Origin: a virus
Lineage: Duplodnaviria > Caudoviricetes
IMG/VR virus record: IMGVR_UViG_3300029305_003192
Length of the DNA stretch: 64,000 nucleotides
Reading direction: 5' to 3' (one strand)
Below the pieces are notes generated by a model. It made no database searches and was not told the DNA's origin. It worked only from the letters and a program-made list of their open reading frames with translations. How positions within the stretch are numbered: the stretch's first letter is position 1; each line of letters starts with the position of its first letter. Both the position numbers and the translations under genes were made by a program. Shown here piece by piece: positions 11,056 to 21,555 of the stretch.

Positions 11056-11269
11056 CTATCGAAAGAATAAGAAGTCTATATGCGAGATTTGCGAGAATCT
11101 CTTCTCCAAGTTTAATGGAGACTTTATATCTGTACCGAATAAGACTTGCAAAGAGGTAAACGACTTACTCGGATATGCATGTAGTGATAAACCAGCACTA
11201 CAGAATGTCGATGTGTCTAAATACCTCTACGTTGTCGAAGTTAACGGAACGACGATGATAAGAAAGTAA
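11033..11269 (+). CDS. Small hypothetical protein
   Basis: Overlaps the resolvase 3' end and ends just before a terminator. Confidence 0.55.
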   Translation: MSTREKTDYRKNKKSICEICENLFSKFNGDFISVPNKTCKEVNDLLGYACSDKPALQNVDVSKYLYVVEVNGTTMIRK

Positions 11270-11277
11270 TCAGTTTA

Positions 11278-11313
11278 ATATCCAGTAACCACTACGGTTA
11301 CTGGATATTTTTT
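11278..11313 (+). terminator. Intrinsic terminator
   Basis: atatccagtaacc-actac-ggttactggatat followed by a T tract. Confidence 0.85.
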
Positions 11314-11336
11314 GTTCTTATAATAGCCTCCTCCAA

Positions 11337-11348
11337 AACAACGACATA
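11337..11348 (+). promoter_or_regulatory. Putative late promoter AACA-N6-TA
   Basis: AACA-ACGACA-TA upstream of the portal gene. Confidence 0.65.
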
Positions 11349-11382
11349 ACAATTTACACTCACAAAGAAGAGGTGTTAATAA

Positions 11383-13650
11383 ATGGCTAAACGAAATACG
11401 AAAGGACCAATCAATACTCTGGTTCAGAAATTGATTCAGTCCATTGACCCCGATAAGATATCGGATTTAAATATAACCGACCGTGGTGACACGTTTAAGA
11501 AAATTATCAATAATGAGCTTGAGCTCACTAAAGGTATCTCCGATGGTAGTATCGTTGACTTCAGTCGTAGCCTGAATTCTGATATAGTAACCAAGAAGAA
11601 TGCCGGTGATAAGTGGGGAAGTCCAGAACTCACAGGAGATGTTATTGAGTATATCAATAAGAATACCTCTAGCATGTTCCAGGACTTTGCTGAGAATGAA
11701 CGAAACCGTTATATCCAGTATAATGATTACAACTTCATCTCGAAGTTCGTTCCAAAGATTGGTCAGGCGCTCAGAATGATACTGACCCATATCGTATCGT
11801 CTGATGACCTCACTAATACATTCAAGCGTCAGCTTGAATTCGGCTCACTCGATGTCGATGATACACAGACACTTAAGTTGGCACTCGAGAAGTTTGAGAA
11901 GGAAAACAAGCTCCTCTACAAGCTTGAGAATCTCGCATATAAGAATACACTCATCATGGGCGAATATTATGTGTACGCAATTTCATATAAGGACCTCTTT
12001 ACCAACTATGCCAAGCTTCTTGCTAAGAAGCGTGAAGCGTCTGGTAAGGTTAAAGATAAGAAAACTAAGAAGTCCATGGGTTATGCTATGGAGTCTTATA
12101 TGATAAGTGATGATGAGTATAAAGCTCTTGAATCGGCATACTCGAGCAGTGCCTCGGATAATGATCCATTGCGTAGCCCAAAATCCAGCTCCTTTAGAGA
12201 GGACTATGGTAGAGGTGCTGTTGTTACATGTTATGATTCCGAAATTCCATTCATTTTTGATGAAGATGTAGAATCGGATGACCCTAATCTCTATGAGAAG
12301 AAACTTGCTACTGCTCTCGAAGCAGTTGAGAGAAGTGGTGCCGCTCAGAAGACCAAGACATCTGTTGATGGAGTTGCCGATGGTACTTACGGACTCGGTG
12401 GTTCATATGATATCGCGGGTACATACATAAAGTTTATCTCCGCGAGAAATATCGCACCAGTAGAAGTACTTGGTAACGTTGTAGGCTACTTCTATATCAG
12501 CCATACCACAATTGATAAGGCTAAGAAGACTGTATCGATTGGTAATATTCATATCTCGTCTATGAAGAAGCGTTCTCCTATTGAGGATATCGCGAAATCT
12601 ATGACTGAGAAGATTGCTCAGAAGTTCTCTGATAAGTTCGTTGCATCCAATACTCAGTTTAAGCATCTGATTGCTGACTGCATCATGGCTGCAGGCGTAA
12701 CTAATACGGAGTATAAAGTACAGTTTATCCCTGCTGAGAATATCATACACTTTAAGGTGGATGATGATGAGAATTCTCGTGGTCAGTCTATCCTTAAGGA
12801 TGCCATCCAGCCAGCTAAGACTCTTGCAGCAGTTAATATGAGAAAGGTACTCAACTACCTTAATAAGTCTGGTGATAAGACCGTAATGACAGTAAGAGGT
12901 GGTAATGCTGACTTCAGCCGTAAGAATCAGGCCATGCGTATTATCCGTAATATGCAGGAGCAGAATATCGTCGTATCTGACCTGCTTGGCGATTGTAATA
13001 ATATCTTCCATAAGTATGCTGCAGATGGCAACATCATGATGCCAACATCAAGAACTGGTCAGAAACTGGTTGAACTTGAGAAGATGGATGGTCAGCAGAT
13101 TGATATGAACGTTGAGTGGGAGAAGGAGCAAGAGAATGAGATACTTACAGCGATGGGTGTCCCACCACTGCTTCTCGATACTCATCTTCAGGCAGACTTT
13201 GCCCGTGCATTTACTACGGCACATGTTGGTTTTGCCGGTACTATTGCTAAGTGGGATGGTGACCTCGAAGAACCAACAACTCAGCTATATAAGATAATTA
13301 TACAGAATCTGGACATCTCGGAAGAGCTTAAGACACGAGTGCTCCCAGTATTCGCGTTTAAGTTACCAAGACCGAAGTTTGCTGCAACACAGACAGGTGT
13401 TGAATCTATTCAGCAGGGTGTTCAGATGGCTGAGCAGTATATTCAGCTCAAATATGGTGAAAGTCCTGATGAAAATATGAAGGATGTTATCCGTGAAGTT
13501 AAGTTCGCAATTGTTCGTGAGAACTGTGCAACTATTCCTTGGGAAAGATACGACGAACTCGCTAAGAAGATTGAGATGGAATTCATTAGCATCAAGGATG
13601 ATGTTAAGGATACTAGTATGAGTTCGGACAGCGGAATGGATGAATTCTAA
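11383..13650 (+). CDS. Portal protein (jumbo-phage / T4 gp20-like)
   Basis: 755 aa; FIPAENIIHF..RGQSILKDAIQPAK..; ILTAMGVPPLLL; late promoter upstream. Confidence 0.75.
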   Translation: MAKRNTKGPINTLVQKLIQSIDPDKISDLNITDRGDTFKKIINNELELTKGISDGSIVDFSRSLNSDIVTKKNAGDKWGSPELTGDVIEYINKNTSSMFQDFAENERNRYIQYNDYNFISKFVPKIGQALRMILTHIVSSDDLTNTFKRQLEFGSLDVDDTQTLKLALEKFEKENKLLYKLENLAYKNTLIMGEYYVYAISYKDLFTNYAKLLAKKREASGKVKDKKTKKSMGYAMESYMISDDEYKALESAYSSSASDNDPLRSPKSSSFREDYGRGAVVTCYDSEIPFIFDEDVESDDPNLYEKKLATALEAVERSGAAQKTKTSVDGVADGTYGLGGSYDIAGTYIKFISARNIAPVEVLGNVVGYFYISHTTIDKAKKTVSIGNIHISSMKKRSPIEDIAKSMTEKIAQKFSDKFVASNTQFKHLIADCIMAAGVTNTEYKVQFIPAENIIHFKVDDDENSRGQSILKDAIQPAKTLAAVNMRKVLNYLNKSGDKTVMTVRGGNADFSRKNQAMRIIRNMQEQNIVVSDLLGDCNNIFHKYAADGNIMMPTSRTGQKLVELEKMDGQQIDMNVEWEKEQENEILTAMGVPPLLLDTHLQADFARAFTTAHVGFAGTIAKWDGDLEEPTTQLYKIIIQNLDISEELKTRVLPVFAFKLPRPKFAATQTGVESIQQGVQMAEQYIQLKYGESPDENMKDVIREVKFAIVRENCATIPWERYDELAKKIEMEFISIKDDVKDTSMSSDSGMDEF

Positions 13651-13670
13651 CAAAAAAAAATATCAATAAC

Positions 13671-13695
13671 CCCCAGAAGCATTATGCTTCTGGGG
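13671..13695. terminator. Bidirectional terminator between convergent genes
   Basis: ccccagaagca-tta-tgcttctgggg with an A tract on the left. Confidence 0.75.
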
Positions 13696-13701
13696 TATCT
13701 T

Positions 13702-14751
13702 TTAGAACTTTATTGGTGATTCCAAGAAGAGCTCACCGAATCTATCGCTATCAATAGTAATGGTAGCTTGTCCTTCGTGTATATTGAATACCTGCCAATC
13801 TGCGGTAAACCCAGATATTCCGGCATGACCTCCACCATTACAGCACTCTCCAATAATGGTGGTGTCGTATTTATTAGAGTATAATGTATATGCCCATTCG
13901 CCTTTGTTGTTAATGTATTCCTTGATGGCGAAATCGTATTCTGTTTCCTTTCCGAATAACTCATAGTTGCCTACGTTAGTATTTACGATTACACAATTAC
14001 CAAAACAACATCCTTTACCTGTCTTAGCACTCTTTACCGTGAGTACGAATCGTCTGGCATTTCTCATAATGTGTGGATAAAGAATATTATTTTCATACCA
14101 TACGATTGATTTACCCTCGCTGATTATCTTATCCACAAAGTCTGTATCACCTTCAAGGCTATCCCATGCACATGGACTTTTAATCTTACTAAGATTCAAT
14201 CTCAGAGAACCCTTAAAGAATTCAAGTGAACCCTGATATTCATTCTTATATAAGTCGTGGTCATCCACGAGCTTATAAACCGTAGGCATACCTCTCATCG
14301 TGAAGTACATATCCCATGCCAAGAATGTTGCAGAGTGATCAACGTTTACATGTTTATGAAATGCACATGTGCCATTAATCTTATACTTCGATAAGCACCT
14401 TTCGCTTGACAGGTGATGGTCAATATAATCGACTCCGACATGTGGAAGTGATGCAATATCGTCAATAATTGCGAAATCGTCTACCGTTGAGATTGCTACA
14501 TCAACAATGATAACCTTCTTAAGGTTCTCGCATGCTGAAACTGCACCGGCGATATTCTTAGCAGCATTCTTAAGGCTGCTAATTGCCATTGGCCATATAT
14601 AACGGTCACTATAACCGCATTCAATGAGATGCTTAAGCGCAATACGTGCAGCAGCTGCTCCGTCATTATCATCATGAAATGCGATGATTGCTGTTGTATC
14701 ACTATTAAGTGTATTCACTGGGTATTTTCTTATAAAGTCATATCTAGTCAT
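13702..14751 (-). CDS. DHH/DHHA1 phosphoesterase (NrnA-like), paralog 1
   Basis: HDDNDG, IVDV, IDHH, DHDL and GGGHAGISGF motifs; start reassigned to the ATG at 14751 behind GGAGG. Confidence 0.85.
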   Translation of the reverse strand: MTRYDFIRKYPVNTLNSDTTAIIAFHDDNDGAAAARIALKHLIECGYSDRYIWPMAISSLKNAAKNIAGAVSACENLKKVIIVDVAISTVDDFAIIDDIASLPHVGVDYIDHHLSSERCLSKYKINGTCAFHKHVNVDHSATFLAWDMYFTMRGMPTVYKLVDDHDLYKNEYQGSLEFFKGSLRLNLSKIKSPCAWDSLEGDTDFVDKIISEGKSIVWYENNILYPHIMRNARRFVLTVKSAKTGKGCCFGNCVIVNTNVGNYELFGKETEYDFAIKEYINNKGEWAYTLYSNKYDTTIIGECCNGGGHAGISGFTADWQVFNIHEGQATITIDSDRFGELFLESPIKF

Positions 14752-14792
14752 TATTATTTTCCTCCATTTTATCTTATCCATACATACTTTAA

Positions 14793-14823
14793 ATCCCGAG
14801 ATATCAACACGATATCTCGGGAT
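14793..14823 (-). terminator. Hairpin between the DHH paralogs
   Basis: atcccgagatatc-aacac-gatatctcgggat. Confidence 0.65.
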
Positions 14824-14830
14824 AATCTAA

Positions 14831-15958
14831 TCAATTCATAGCTATTGCTTCATGTGCATTTTCCTGCCACTCCGTATCAATTTCTGTCTGCCTTTTCAGA
14901 TACATATATATTACATCTGACTCGAGGCCGGTTATTGTCATATAAGCCGTACCGTTGAGTTCTTTATTTGTATATACGTCATCCATGATGTTACGATTTA
15001 ATGTAAATCCACCGGCGCCTGGATGTCCACCACCACCGAAGAATTTACATATCGGTGTAATGTCATACTTATCAGAATATATGGTATATGTATAATCACC
15101 ATTCTTATTCTGGAAGTACTTGATGCACAGATCAAAGTCTTTATATCCCTCGCCATTCTTACCGAACAGTGCACTATTACCCCAACTGGAGTTGATAACT
15201 GCACAATTGTGGAAGTAAAATCTTTCGGCTTCAGATTCCAGCGCTACTTTGATTATCTGCATATTGCGACCGATCATAGGACATATTGAGCCATTGATGT
15301 ACTGACCGATAATATCACCGGCAGATACAATCTGGTCGATATGTTCACCCCAGATGGTTCCATCTGCAATCAGATCATCCCACAGAGGGTCCTTGATATC
15401 ATGCAGTGGGAAGAGTCCCGAACCATTGAAGAATTCGAGGGAACCTTCAAGTTCATGAGCGAAAATATCGTGGTCTGATATGAGCTCAAGTACCTGTGGT
15501 ACGTCTGTACTGATCAGTGCCTGCCAAGCAAGTTTAGCAGCAGATACATTTGTATCCAGTATTACATGCTGAAATAATGCCTTGTTATAATGGATACCGT
15601 TGTAGTCAATACCATCAAATAACTTCATATATGCATCAACTGATGTCTTATGATGATCAATCCAAGTCGTGTCGATGTCGAAGTTAACTTCGCGGATAAC
15701 CTCACCAAGACGAATAATATCTTCGGCTGTCGGGATACTGAGGTCAACGATAAAGATATGACCGATTTCATTTTCGTCGGTATTATATGAACGGATCATG
15801 TGCTCGATTAGATCAATCTGACCACCATTCAGTGTGACGTAGATACAGTTGATATCTTTGTCATCATAACCTAAAGCTCTGCATTTGTTGAGACATACTT
15901 TTGCTGCACCATAACCATCATTATCAGTATGGTGAAAGATAAGTGCGATTTTACCCAT
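14831..15958 (-). CDS. DHH/DHHA1 phosphoesterase, paralog 2
   Basis: HHTDNDG, IVDL, IDHHKT, DHDIF, GGGGHPGAGGF; shares GSLEFF.G with paralog 1. Confidence 0.88.
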   Translation of the reverse strand: MGKIALIFHHTDNDGYGAAKVCLNKCRALGYDDKDINCIYVTLNGGQIDLIEHMIRSYNTDENEIGHIFIVDLSIPTAEDIIRLGEVIREVNFDIDTTWIDHHKTSVDAYMKLFDGIDYNGIHYNKALFQHVILDTNVSAAKLAWQALISTDVPQVLELISDHDIFAHELEGSLEFFNGSGLFPLHDIKDPLWDDLIADGTIWGEHIDQIVSAGDIIGQYINGSICPMIGRNMQIIKVALESEAERFYFHNCAVINSSWGNSALFGKNGEGYKDFDLCIKYFQNKNGDYTYTIYSDKYDITPICKFFGGGGHPGAGGFTLNRNIMDDVYTNKELNGTAYMTITGLESDVIYMYLKRQTEIDTEWQENAHEAIAMN

Positions 15959-16184
15959 TATTATTTCCTCCTTTATTATATCCACCGTTTGTCATAGCGG
16001 TTGATAACGTCATAAGACCCATTAATGAATTCCAGGCCTTCTTACTTTTCTCTTCTTCCTCTCGGAAGAATTCTTCCCTCTCTTCGGGAGAGAGGGATTT
16101 GATATATTCTTCGCGGGCTTTCTGCTTACGTTCTTCATTAAGCTGATATTTGACTTGTTGGGCACGCTTTCCCATCTTAGCCAT
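15951..16184 (-). CDS. Small hypothetical protein
   Basis: GGAGG SD; packed into the operon. Confidence 0.6.
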   Translation of the reverse strand: MAKMGKRAQQVKYQLNEERKQKAREEYIKSLSPEEREEFFREEEEKSKKAWNSLMGLMTLSTAMTNGGYNKGGNNNG

Positions 16185-16718
16185 TTATATAAAACCTCCA
16201 ATCGTTCTGAATATCTCACATACATCACATGACACGAATGAGTCCATTATGCCGAATATATGAGGTCGCTGTGCGGTATACTTCATTATCAGTTCACTGC
16301 TTCCTAAATGTGATGCCGGGATTATATGTTCGTATATACGTAATATACATCTACCCTCAGTTTTAAGAACGATAGTATCAACACCAACAGGACACTCGGT
16401 CAATCCTATTGGAAAGTATAACGCGGGGGTAAATTGATTCTTCGACTTAAAGTTGTTAAGTGAATAAGCTATCAGAGGACCTTTGTCGAATTCAGCATCA
16501 CTCACCAATGATACTTTAAATCTTGATATTTCAGAAAGATAGTCCATTATTTCTTTAATCTTATAGCTGATACCATTTGACGATATAGTATCATGAATAT
16601 CAAACATTCCGAGGTCGCGAACGCCATCAGAATATTCAACATCTTTACCAATCAATGCAACGTCACTACGGATGTCACATATCTTATTGATCATTTTTAT
16701 AACTTCGTGTCTATCCAT
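16185..16718 (-). CDS. Hypothetical protein, paralog of 16736-17254
   Basis: Shares LAY..PALYFP..L.T..P..FG.M...DVC.IF.TIG.FI with its neighbour. Confidence 0.75.
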   Translation of the reverse strand: MDRHEVIKMINKICDIRSDVALIGKDVEYSDGVRDLGMFDIHDTISSNGISYKIKEIMDYLSEISRFKVSLVSDAEFDKGPLIAYSLNNFKSKNQFTPALYFPIGLTECPVGVDTIVLKTEGRCILRIYEHIIPASHLGSSELIMKYTAQRPHIFGIMDSFVSCDVCEIFRTIGGFI

Positions 16719-16735
16719 AATATTTCTCCTTTACA

Positions 16736-17254
16736 TTATATAAAACTGCCGATTGTTTTGAAGATATCACATACATCGAACATCATCTTTGGCGGCATCA
16801 TACCAAAGACATATGGATGAGAGCCGAATACTTCGAGCATCTTTTCCTCGGTAGATATACGCATCGCGTTTATTTCATACATATATACCCCCAGTATTCC
16901 CTTTGATCCTGTACGAAGACCGATACACATAATATCATTATCATCGTTTATATGTACTGGGAAATATAATGCGGGTAAATCCTTAACGGTCTGGATACCT
17001 TTACCCTCATAATATGCGAGACGTGGTAATTCTGTCAACTCATCATACAATAATACATTTATGTCCGTGCATTCTGACAACCTTCTGAATAAATATACAA
17101 TGGTGTCCGTAACGAGATAATTCTCTGGGGTCGGCATTACGTTCTCAATAAATCGTGGATATGTATAATCCGCGGTTTCTGGTTCAGCTGCAGATGCTCG
17201 TTCGTATACTGCACGCAATATTTCCTGTATCTCGAGTCTGTCTTTTCTTGTCAT
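16736..17254 (-). CDS. Hypothetical protein, paralog of 16185-16718
   Basis: Same shared motifs; start MTRKDR behind GGAGG. Confidence 0.75.
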   Translation of the reverse strand: MTRKDRLEIQEILRAVYERASAAEPETADYTYPRFIENVMPTPENYLVTDTIVYLFRRLSECTDINVLLYDELTELPRLAYYEGKGIQTVKDLPALYFPVHINDDNDIMCIGLRTGSKGILGVYMYEINAMRISTEEKMLEVFGSHPYVFGMMPPKMMFDVCDIFKTIGSFI

Positions 17255-17259
17255 AATAA

Positions 17260-18378
17260 TTACCTCCATTCTATATCAATTGCATTATCATTGAACGTAA
17301 TAGTACAGTTGAGCTTAACGTTTAGAGCAACATTGATATGATCATCAGTTCGCTCAACTGTTATAAGTGGACTGGATACTGGTATCGACTCATCACTAGC
17401 CGGTTGAGTATTATCTGGTTCGGATACATCATGCACAGCACCAGCCTTTTTGTCATAAGGGTTTGCTACCGGTATCTCAGTTTTATATGGGTAGTTTTTC
17501 GGCTTTTTAATACCCTTATTATTTGCAGGAGGGTAATCAGGGATAATTTCATCATCCGAAACGACCAGATCATAATTTGGGGTATAGCTACTGAAATCAT
17601 AAGCTTTAAAGTCGTCTGCTCTGCTGGCTCCAGATATCCATGCTCTGACTGCACAACCAGTAACTCTGTACTTCTTTGCAATTTCATCTACTGGATATCC
17701 TTTAAGTATATCATTAGCAATCATATCAATATACTTATCCAATGGAAGTTTAACAACTTTTCCACCGCGTTTACTAGCCGGAGGTAGATGAGCTAATCTA
17801 TCTCCTACCACATGTTTCCATGTTTTACCATACCTGATATTCGATATAGTCATAGGATCTACGCCGAAATCAGTAGCGATGCTAGTGATACTATTATTAG
17901 CGAGAAGTCTCTGCACGATTACTTCGACATTATCCGCTGATAATTTAGTTGGGCGTTTGCTAATGATCCGCTTGGGTGTATCGGTATTTATTACCTCAGA
18001 TTTTGATTCATCATTTGGTGACTTGGTATCTATTACTGGTTCCGAATCTAATAAATCGACTACTTCGTTATCAGTCGTATCACTAACCGATTCATGTACA
18101 GTTTCACCCTCACTAATTTCTGGTATGACTTTCGGTTCGTCTTGTTCGTCCTTCTTGGCATTGCTTTCAATGACTTTGTAACCAGGCATTGTTGGATACA
18201 TAGTCCTAATTGATTCTTCCAGAGACTTCTTCCTTGAGAATTTCTCAGGATGTTGTCTAAATGCTTCAATGTCAGTTTTAAGTACGCCGGTCATTTTAGA
18301 GATGTCAGCGTTAGATGACCCTCTAGCAATCATTTCTTTAATCAGTTCGCGATTGCTACTGTCAATCTTGTTTGCCAT
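17260..18378 (-). CDS. Multi-HTH DNA-binding protein
   Basis: Three HTH-like segments: GSSNADISKMTGV, SITSIATDFGVDPMTISNIRYGKTWKHV and GYPVDEIAKKYRVTGCAVRAW. Confidence 0.6.
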   Translation of the reverse strand: MANKIDSSNRELIKEMIARGSSNADISKMTGVLKTDIEAFRQHPEKFSRKKSLEESIRTMYPTMPGYKVIESNAKKDEQDEPKVIPEISEGETVHESVSDTTDNEVVDLLDSEPVIDTKSPNDESKSEVINTDTPKRIISKRPTKLSADNVEVIVQRLLANNSITSIATDFGVDPMTISNIRYGKTWKHVVGDRLAHLPPASKRGGKVVKLPLDKYIDMIANDILKGYPVDEIAKKYRVTGCAVRAWISGASRADDFKAYDFSSYTPNYDLVVSDDEIIPDYPPANNKGIKKPKNYPYKTEIPVANPYDKKAGAVHDVSEPDNTQPASDESIPVSSPLITVERTDDHINVALNVKLNCTITFNDNAIDIEWR

Positions 18379-18440
18379 ATGGCAGTCCTCCTTTGATTTT
18401 TAAAGTCCTACTGGTAATTCCTACTACTACCAGCCTTATA

Positions 18441-18474
18441 ATGATATATGCTTTGCAATAGTATTTGAAAAGAC
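18441..18474 (-). promoter_or_regulatory. Putative early-type promoter (GTCTTT-N18-CATATATCAT)
   Basis: Recurrent intergenic motif upstream of non-structural genes. Confidence 0.55.
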
Positions 18475-18481
18475 ACTAAAA

Positions 18482-18513
18482 ATCCCCAGTAACTCTACGG
18501 AGTTACTGGGGAT
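18482..18513 (-). terminator. Terminator of the sheath-tube operon
   Basis: atccccagtaactc-tacg-gagttactggggat with an A tract on the left (U tract on - strand). Confidence 0.8.
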
Positions 18514-18519
18514 AATTTA

Positions 18520-19407
18520 TCAGTTACCTGTACCGTCAACACCCTGAAGGTCGAGCTGGTAGTTGATAGCATCTGCAGGATTTGCAGTGCCTTCAGCATC
18601 GAGAACCTTGAAGTCGAGGTAGTTGTATCTGAGCTTCTGCTTGGAGAGATAGTAGTAAGCGAGGTCGTTTACATATCTACCTTCATACTTGGTAACCTTG
18701 AAAGGAATATCAAGTGCAACTTCACCTCTAGAACCAGACTCGTAGTTGAGGTGGGACTTAGAGATTCTTGTTGGGAAGCAGTGTGCGAAGAGACAAGCAT
18801 ATTCGATATATCTTGCTGTAGGGTCGAGGTCCATGTAGATGAACTCACATGTGTGATACTTTTCACCGTAATCAACTGTGAGGGAATTCTCAGTGTTGTC
18901 AAGAGCACCATGATAGTGTGCAACACCGGACTGTGGGTCACGCATACCTGTCATCCAGGTTTCGATGAACTCACGTACAGGAGAACCAGACTGTTCGTAA
19001 AGTGTGATAGTGATTTCATCAGTATCATCCTTTACTGCGGAGATATTGGAGAATGACTGAGCTGCCCAACCACCTTCGAGAGTGATTACGTCAGCAGACA
19101 CGTCGCCGATACCTGTTACAGACTTGTAACCTGTTTCAATGTAGGACTTAAAGTTAGATGTAAGGCTCTTAAACTGAAGGTCCATGAACTTTGGTACTGT
19201 GTGCATGAAGAGTCTCGAAATACCAGGAACGTAAGGAGTCATGGAGTCGAGGTTCTTCTGTGTAACGTCAATACCCTGAATGAAGTAAGAGAACTTGTTA
19301 TAGTTTTTATCATTCTTCTTGATGGCCTTATCAGCCTCAGTTATGGAAGCGGACTGAAGTCTTGTACCATAGTTGCTGAGGGAGCCTGTAGTTGTATTAT
19401 CTGCCAT
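18520..19407 (-). CDS. Tail tube protein (probable)
   Basis: Directly downstream of the sheath; ITITLYEQSGSPV..W..DP..G....CFP pattern of T4 gp19-type tube proteins. Confidence 0.7.
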   Translation of the reverse strand: MADNTTTGSLSNYGTRLQSASITEADKAIKKNDKNYNKFSYFIQGIDVTQKNLDSMTPYVPGISRLFMHTVPKFMDLQFKSLTSNFKSYIETGYKSVTGIGDVSADVITLEGGWAAQSFSNISAVKDDTDEITITLYEQSGSPVREFIETWMTGMRDPQSGVAHYHGALDNTENSLTVDYGEKYHTCEFIYMDLDPTARYIEYACLFAHCFPTRISKSHLNYESGSRGEVALDIPFKVTKYEGRYVNDLAYYYLSKQKLRYNYLDFKVLDAEGTANPADAINYQLDLQGVDGTGN

Positions 19408-19427
19408 AATTCAATTTCCTCCTTCCC

Positions 19428-21440
19428 TTAAATATCAAGACGGTTAACGTCGATATCCACCTGGAGATACTTGATAAGAGGCTTGTTCTGGATAGCAATG
19501 TAGAGGTGGAGTACACCAAGCTCTGCTTCAGCTTCGGTTCTGTCGAAACGAGCTGTGATAGAACGTACCTGAGCCGCAGCATACTTAGATGTGAGGTTCG
19601 CAGTATCTCTGTTGAATGTATTGATATCGGATGTCTCATTGAAGTTGTACAGATATGTACAAATAAGCTTTTCAACGTCCTTCTTGATAGCAAGAGCGAT
19701 GAGAGCATTATTTTCTTCGGAGAGGTTGGATACAACATAGTCGTCGGATTCAGCAAACTGATTATCACCAACAAGACCAGAGTATCTGGTTGTCTGTGTA
19801 GCACGCATTACATTACCCTTAGGGTCGATTGCTGCATAGTTTACGTGAGCGTCAACGAGCTTGTCGAGGATATCCTGATCGATACTGTCGTCGAACACTG
19901 GGAAGACAGTATTAGGAAGGAATGAGTCAATTACACCATACTTGGAGTTAGCATATGGAATATGATAACCGCCATAGCCGTTCCAGTGTTTAGGAAGAGC
20001 CTGAGCAAGGTGATATGTAGAAGATACTGTAATAACCTTCTTGTTATATGGGTCCTTAATCTTACCCATATATCCGTCGATAGACATTGTCCACGTGTTA
20101 ATGATATTATCATATGGTATGGTATCATTATATACGTTTTCACGTGACTGGAGGTCAGTACCGAGGTCGAAGTAAATTCTGAAGTCCTGAGTTCTACCAG
20201 CGCCAGGATCACCAGTAACGAGACCGGCAAGAGCCTCCTTAACTTTAGTGCTGAAGTCTGCATCACATGCATAATCCAGAGGACAACGATACTTAGAAAG
20301 GATATTTCTATCGATATTACCCTTGAATGCCTCGATAAACTGTGCATCAATAGCTGCCTGTCTGTCAGGGTTAGTCATATCGAATGCACCGTCAGTACCT
20401 CCGGCGAGTTTAATACCGTAAGGGTCATCGAAGTGGAATGGACTCGAAGAATGAATCTCATATCCAGTAATACCAACATCACCCTCTGCACTTGTAACGG
20501 TGAATGGCTTAGCAGCTTCCTTAGAGATACCGAGGATTGGGTCAAACGTATATGTTGTCAAGGCTGTTTCCTTATCGATGTACTGCTGATACTTAGTGAA
20601 AATGGTATCAAGTACGGATGTGTTTACATACATGTCAATGAGGTTAGAACCTTCAGATCCACCGTATGTATTAATCACGTTCTCCATGAAGAGAGAAGTT
20701 GAACCTACAATAGCATCAGGATGAAGCGTACATCTGTACTGCTCAACCTGTTTTGTACCCTCATAGATATCAATGTAGTAATTCTTATACTTGGATGTCT
20801 TGTCGGCACGACTGTGGTTGGAAATACGAACAGAGAAGTTGTTACCACATTCGCCTCTACCCTTATATGCGAATGACATAAAGTGCATAACCTGCCACTC
20901 TTCATTTACTACAGGTTCATCGGGCAATTCCAGAGTTTGGATGGCGTAAATTGTATCATCGCCGATAGCCTTACACTCTTCAAGAACATCTTCAACTTTC
21001 GGAGCGAGATTCTTGAGCTGGTTAAGATCACGAAGATCGGTAGAATGCTTAGTGATGAAACGAATGTACAATTTCTTACCAACCTGCTTATAGCAGATGT
21101 AAATGTGTGCGTTTGCATACATAGCATCTTTAGCTGTGAGTCGAAGAACCTGGAGGGTTACAAGACCTGTGGACGCAGCGGCTCTTGTGTTAAGGTGAGC
21201 CTGACCATACTTGGAGCAAGGACCGTGACCAAAGCGATCGTCGTATTCATCAATACCATGTTCAATGGTAATAATCTTACCGTCTTCACCCTTTGGGGAG
21301 AGGCCTACAGCCAAAAACTTATAGTTACCTGATGTATCGGTCGTATATCTTCTGACAGAATTGTCATTGATACGGGTCTCTATATGTGGATAGAGATGAC
21401 CTGGCAGTGTAACTGAAGTAATTGTAGCTATATTTGCCAT
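19428..21440 (-). CDS. Tail sheath protein
   Basis: 670 aa; N-terminal HPHIETRINDNS..GLSPKG, LAGGTDG, sheath-like C-terminus (LSEENN..YLYNFN..LHLYIAI..IKYLQVDIDVNR). Confidence 0.8.
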   Translation of the reverse strand: MANIATITSVTLPGHLYPHIETRINDNSVRRYTTDTSGNYKFLAVGLSPKGEDGKIITIEHGIDEYDDRFGHGPCSKYGQAHLNTRAAASTGLVTLQVLRLTAKDAMYANAHIYICYKQVGKKLYIRFITKHSTDLRDLNQLKNLAPKVEDVLEECKAIGDDTIYAIQTLELPDEPVVNEEWQVMHFMSFAYKGRGECGNNFSVRISNHSRADKTSKYKNYYIDIYEGTKQVEQYRCTLHPDAIVGSTSLFMENVINTYGGSEGSNLIDMYVNTSVLDTIFTKYQQYIDKETALTTYTFDPILGISKEAAKPFTVTSAEGDVGITGYEIHSSSPFHFDDPYGIKLAGGTDGAFDMTNPDRQAAIDAQFIEAFKGNIDRNILSKYRCPLDYACDADFSTKVKEALAGLVTGDPGAGRTQDFRIYFDLGTDLQSRENVYNDTIPYDNIINTWTMSIDGYMGKIKDPYNKKVITVSSTYHLAQALPKHWNGYGGYHIPYANSKYGVIDSFLPNTVFPVFDDSIDQDILDKLVDAHVNYAAIDPKGNVMRATQTTRYSGLVGDNQFAESDDYVVSNLSEENNALIALAIKKDVEKLICTYLYNFNETSDINTFNRDTANLTSKYAAAQVRSITARFDRTEAEAELGVLHLYIAIQNKPLIKYLQVDIDVNRLDI

Positions 21441-21515
21441 ATTAATTCCTCCTTTTATAGTAATAAATTTTCATACCCTAATAATAGCGTACCAGAGTAC
21501 GTAGATTGGATATTT

Positions 21516-21527
21516 TAAATAACTGTT
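21516..21527 (-). promoter_or_regulatory. Putative late promoter AACA-N6-TA
   Basis: AACA-GTTATT-TA on the - strand upstream of the sheath. Confidence 0.65.
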
Positions 21528-21555
21528 CGTCTTCACCTGTAGAGGGTGATTACCA

